In this document: positions 61,922 through 64,000 of the stretch, piece by piece
How the letters are laid out: each line of letters opens with the position of its first letter
How positions within the stretch are numbered: position 1 is the stretch's first letter
From: Clostridia bacterium
Lineage (GTDB): Bacteria > Bacillota > Clostridia > UMGS1883
Direction: 5' to 3'
Assembly (NCBI GenBank): GCA_045604905.1
Contig: JAZUOX010000013.1
Location: 5,922 to 69,921 of the forward strand
Length of the DNA stretch: 64,000 nt
Notes under the pieces: generated by a model
The model's input: the letters and a program-made list of their open reading frames with translations, nothing else
The model's database searches: none
Told to the model about the DNA's origin: nothing
Position numbers and translations under genes: made by a program

Positions 61922-64000
61922 CTATTTCTGAATCGGTGAACATTGACCATCCCAAACATAAGCCTTAATATGTGTATAGGACTCCTCTACATCCTTAAGG
62001 TCAATAAAAAGTTCTTCCTCTTTTTTTGAAACAGTAATTTTTTCACACAATGCTGTTTTAAACTCATCTCCGTCATACAGTGCAACAATTAAAACTGCCG
62101 TCTTTCCTATCGGATTTTTTCCTGCAATTACGGTTGAAACTACTGTACCATTCAGCACCGGTATAGTTGCCTGTATATCATTTTTTGGTATCTCTCCATC
62201 GGGAATTGACCAGTCTTCTAGTGCGGTAAAAGAATGTGCCAAGTAACTTTCATTATTATATTCACTAAAAACAACAGCAATATTTACACTTTCACAGTTT
62301 TTACGATGTATAGTAAGCTTTTTAATACCTTCGTTGGGATTTTGTCCTTCCACCTTGGGAGAGGTTTCAAAAGGAACTGCATCCATTACTGAAAAGCACA
62401 CATCATCTGTTTCGTCTTTAGTCACTATATAAGCATAAAGCTTTGCTCCGTTAAGTGTAAGAACAGCTTTTCTAGGATTATTTTCATCAATCTCTATTTC
62501 TGCCTCTGTATGTGCAAACCAATAGTACTCAGAAGGGTTCCGCATAACTATTTCATCCTGCACTGTCACTGTTCTTCTTTCATCGTCAAGCTTTACACCG
62601 CGCCATGCACTTATTACATCATCCGTATAAACCTCTGTAAGGTTGCTTTTTGCAAAAGCACCGCGTTCCTTCATAACGCACTGATCAATGGTTGCATCAG
62701 CACCATAACACTGGTCATAGTAATTCACAGTACCATCAGAGTACTTTTCTGCTTTTGGATTTATAACAAAGGTATTGTGACCTTCAGCTCTCGTTCTGTA
62801 AATTCCACCAGAATAATTTTCAAGATTGTAATCATCTGCACCTAAATCAAAGAAGAAGTTCTGCCCCAAGGCATCAAGTACAAAACTACCTGAATCGTTA
62901 TGGGCATGGGATGTTCCCGGAATAGGATCGTCTGCGTGAAATCCCACCCATATATCGTCTGCTTCAAATCCGCTTCTTGAGGTAAATACACCAATTTCCT
63001 TAAACAGGGCATCAGTTTCAGCCTTGGATTCCTGAGATGTAGCAAAGCTCATATCGTAATACAGAAAATCCTGAACACCGCATTGTGATTCAAGAATAAG
63101 CTTTCTTCTGAACTGCGCATCGGAGTCATTGTTAAAATGCTTCGCCCATGCCATAATCTGAGCAGGAACACTTGCCGTTGAGCGACCTGAATCATGATAG
63201 TTGAAGTTGCTTACAGCACCGGTTGTTGCAAGCAGAAATGCCGCAGTTTTTTTGAGTCCCGGTGCATCTGAATATCCAAAATCTGTTCCCGTTGCAGTTT
63301 TTAATGAGTAAAGCTCATACTGATAATACTGATTTGCAAAGCCCCAGTATCCCAGTCCTTCGCTATAAGCACCGTTTGGCGCAAAAAGGCTGATTGCCGG
63401 TCTTATGTCAGTAAGAGACCTTGAAAGAACAGTCTCTGCCATAAGAAGACTTTCACCATCAAGTTCGTCTGCAATTGCCAGTGCGGAAATACCGAGACCA
63501 CCGCTTACTACAAAACGCCAGTTATTAACATTTTTTTCTGCGTTCCATAAATAACTTCTCGCAGAGCCGTTGTTTGTGTATTTACTTGTATGGTACGAAA
63601 CTCCGTTATAGTCATTCATAACCGGCACAAAGGCCTTGTCTACAATTGCCTGCCGTATTATTTCCAGTTCGTCCGTATGCCCTTTTTTCACCATCCAGTC
63701 ATAGAGCCAGTCATATCCGAAAGCAAGACCTGCGGACATAATTGAAACATCTAAAAAGTGATATGGGTTCCAATCTGAAAAGCTTGCCGCCGCCAGCATA
63801 TTCCCGCGTGCAGCCTCGGCATATTTATTTGCCAGTGCTACATTTGCATCTTTAATAAGATTATACATCATAGCAAGGCACATAATATGTGCCTCATACT
63901 CACCTGCTGTATCAATTAAACGAATGCCGTTAAGCTTATACTCAGGTGGGGTAAGTGTAAGATAAGAATCTGCATCAGCCTTGACTTTTGCATATATTTT
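61922..64000 (-). CDS. heparinase II/III-like polysaccharide lyase family protein (5' end outside the window)
   Basis: The frame stays open from 63883 to the window edge (…YLTLTPPEYKLNGIRLIDTAGEYEAHIMCLAMMYN…). An (alpha/alpha) toroid-like N-terminal part is followed by the Hepar_II_III signature region GTSHAHNDSGSFVLDALGQNFFFDLG...RTRAEGHNTFVINP. There is an extra C-terminal ~75-aa module. Confidence 0.75.
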   Translation of the reverse strand, partial: KIYAKVKADADSYLTLTPPEYKLNGIRLIDTAGEYEAHIMCLAMMYNLIKDANVALANKYAEAARGNMLAAASFSDWNPYHFLDVSIMSAGLAFGYDWLYDWMVKKGHTDELEIIRQAIVDKAFVPVMNDYNGVSYHTSKYTNNGSARSYLWNAEKNVNNWRFVVSGGLGISALAIADELDGESLLMAETVLSRSLTDIRPAISLFAPNGAYSEGLGYWGFANQYYQYELYSLKTATGTDFGYSDAPGLKKTAAFLLATTGAVSNFNYHDSGRSTASVPAQIMAWAKHFNNDSDAQFRRKLILESQCGVQDFLYYDMSFATSQESKAETDALFKEIGVFTSRSGFEADDIWVGFHADDPIPGTSHAHNDSGSFVLDALGQNFFFDLGADDYNLENYSGGIYRTRAEGHNTFVINPKAEKYSDGTVNYYDQCYGADATIDQCVMKERGAFAKSNLTEVYTDDVISAWRGVKLDDERRTVTVQDEIVMRNPSEYYWFAHTEAEIEIDENNPRKAVLTLNGAKLYAYIVTKDETDDVCFSVMDAVPFETSPKVEGQNPNEGIKKLTIHRKNCESVNIAVVFSEYNNESYLAHSFTALEDWSIPDGEIPKNDIQATIPVLNGTVVSTVIAGKNPIGKTAVLIVALYDGDEFKTALCEKITVSKKEEELFIDLKDVEESYTHIKAYVWDGQCSPIQK

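Noticed and set aside
1-64000. A scan for defence systems, toxin-antitoxin pairs, CRISPR-cas, prophage, transposases or integrons.
   Set aside because: No nuclease, helicase, methyltransferase, integrase or transposase-like translations appear in any frame. There are no spacer-repeat arrays. All large ORFs are accounted for by metabolic, transport or surface-protein families.

Overview
This looks like chromosomal DNA from a low-GC Gram-positive anaerobe, most likely a gut Clostridia (Oscillospiraceae/Ruminococcaceae-like) organism. Supporting signs are GGAGG-type Shine-Dalgarno sites, a T-box leader, a bile salt hydrolase and several SLH-anchored surface proteins. I call about 50 genes, mostly on the minus strand. 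Left to right they are: (1) a Na+-decarboxylase operon that carries both a 12S-type and a 5S-type carboxyltransferase; (2) a large BspA-type LRR surface protein with a near-identical internal duplication; (3) rluB, a C39-like secreted peptidase, and a NahK-like anomeric HexNAc kinase with an NDP-sugar pyrophosphorylase and a divergent AraC regulator; (4) purC and a redox/iron cluster; (5) xpt and a BMP-family nucleoside ABC importer; (6) glnA; (7) a bile salt hydrolase divergent from an ABC exporter; (8) a pyrimidine operon, pyrC-K-D-F-E-[structured 237-nt spacer]-pyrB-I, which continues into a CE4 deacetylase, an Asp racemase and an SLH-tagged M13 peptidase; (9) an ion permease, metF and a Trp T-box controlling a stand-alone trpB; (10) an ABC-2/GldG-like/DUF4340-like operon; (11) tRNA-Glu(CUC); (12) an accessory-looking surface/glycan locus running off the right edge, containing two large uncharacterised cytoplasmic GH-like proteins, GDPD, RhaM, two giant SLH proteins and a heparinase II/III-like lyase. 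I saw no CRISPR array, transposase, integrase, phage genes or recognisable defence genes. The most interesting items are the tRNA-adjacent SLH/glycan locus, the repeat-bounded structured RNA candidate in the pyrE-pyrB spacer, the hybrid decarboxylase/transcarboxylase operon, and an orphan leader RNA at the left edge. All family assignments come from reading motifs in the translations; no database search was run.
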